DNA of 32,000 nucleotides, taken from the NCBI GenBank assembly GCA_022646745.1, contig CP060262.1:1350001-1382000 (forward strand), read 5' to 3'. The notes beneath the pieces were generated by a model. That model searched no databases, was not told the origin of the DNA, and worked only from the letters and a program-made list of their open reading frames with translations. Of the stretch, positions 31,956 through 32,000 are shown piece after piece (within the stretch, counting starts at the first letter, position 1; every line of letters begins with the position of its first letter). The DNA comes from Planctomycetales bacterium. Its GTDB lineage: Bacteria; 4484-113; JAFGCY01. The position numbers and the translations under genes were made by a program.

Positions 31956-32000
31956 GGGGGCACCACTGCAACATCCAACGCTGCTTAGGGGTAATATTGA

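Overview
High-GC bacterial chromosomal window, roughly two-thirds G+C by eye, with two sharply AT-richer patches. No tools were run: all family assignments come from motif reading and recall, and all coordinates are hand-indexed.

**Centre of the window (8367..22033).** A very compact phage-particle morphogenesis operon lies entirely on the minus strand. In order it encodes:
- a Cro/Ner-like HTH protein and a putative small terminase;
- large terminase, Mu gp29-type portal, Mu gpI-type protease/scaffold, a DUF2190-like protein and a Mu gpT-type capsid;
- a gp36/DUF1320 connector, a neck protein and a tail tube gene;
- two chaperone ORFs, a 212-aa tape measure, a Dit-like protein, a hub with a discoidin-like domain, and a tail fibre.

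This operon is transcribed divergently from a LexA/CI-type S24 repressor. No integrase, transposase, replication or lysis genes are visible on either flank. My main candidate is therefore a domesticated, GTA-like or defective particle system rather than a complete prophage.

Special points inside the operon:
- an in-frame TAG splits the tail tube gene;
- there is a candidate -1 frameshift between the chaperone ORFs;
- a nested scaffold start may lie inside the protease gene;
- a host-type heptamer-repeat hairpin sits inside the operon;
- a ~1.26-kb AT-rich mosaic patch replaces both the 3' end of the fibre gene and the 5' two-thirds of the adjacent, overlapping dockerin-tagged S8 protease gene.

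**Flanks.**
- Two paralogous cohesin-like/dockerin/Asp-box lipoproteins. One is partial at the left edge and is missing from the ORF track.
- An EamA transporter.
- A lone NYN-domain gene in a lower-GC islet.
- A RAYT (IS200-like Y1 transposase) bracketed by exact inverted 29-bp REP copies, with a third REP copy 8 kb away.
- PQQ-like propeller proteins, one with a dockerin.
- A beta-lactamase-fold hydrolase, a TPR protein, an acidic lipoprotein, a membrane protein and an ECF sigma factor.

Intergenic regions carry unusual 7-nt-periodic tandem repeat arrays (STRR-like). Some of these form long hairpins or G-quadruplex-type motifs.

No rRNA, tRNA or CRISPR array was found.
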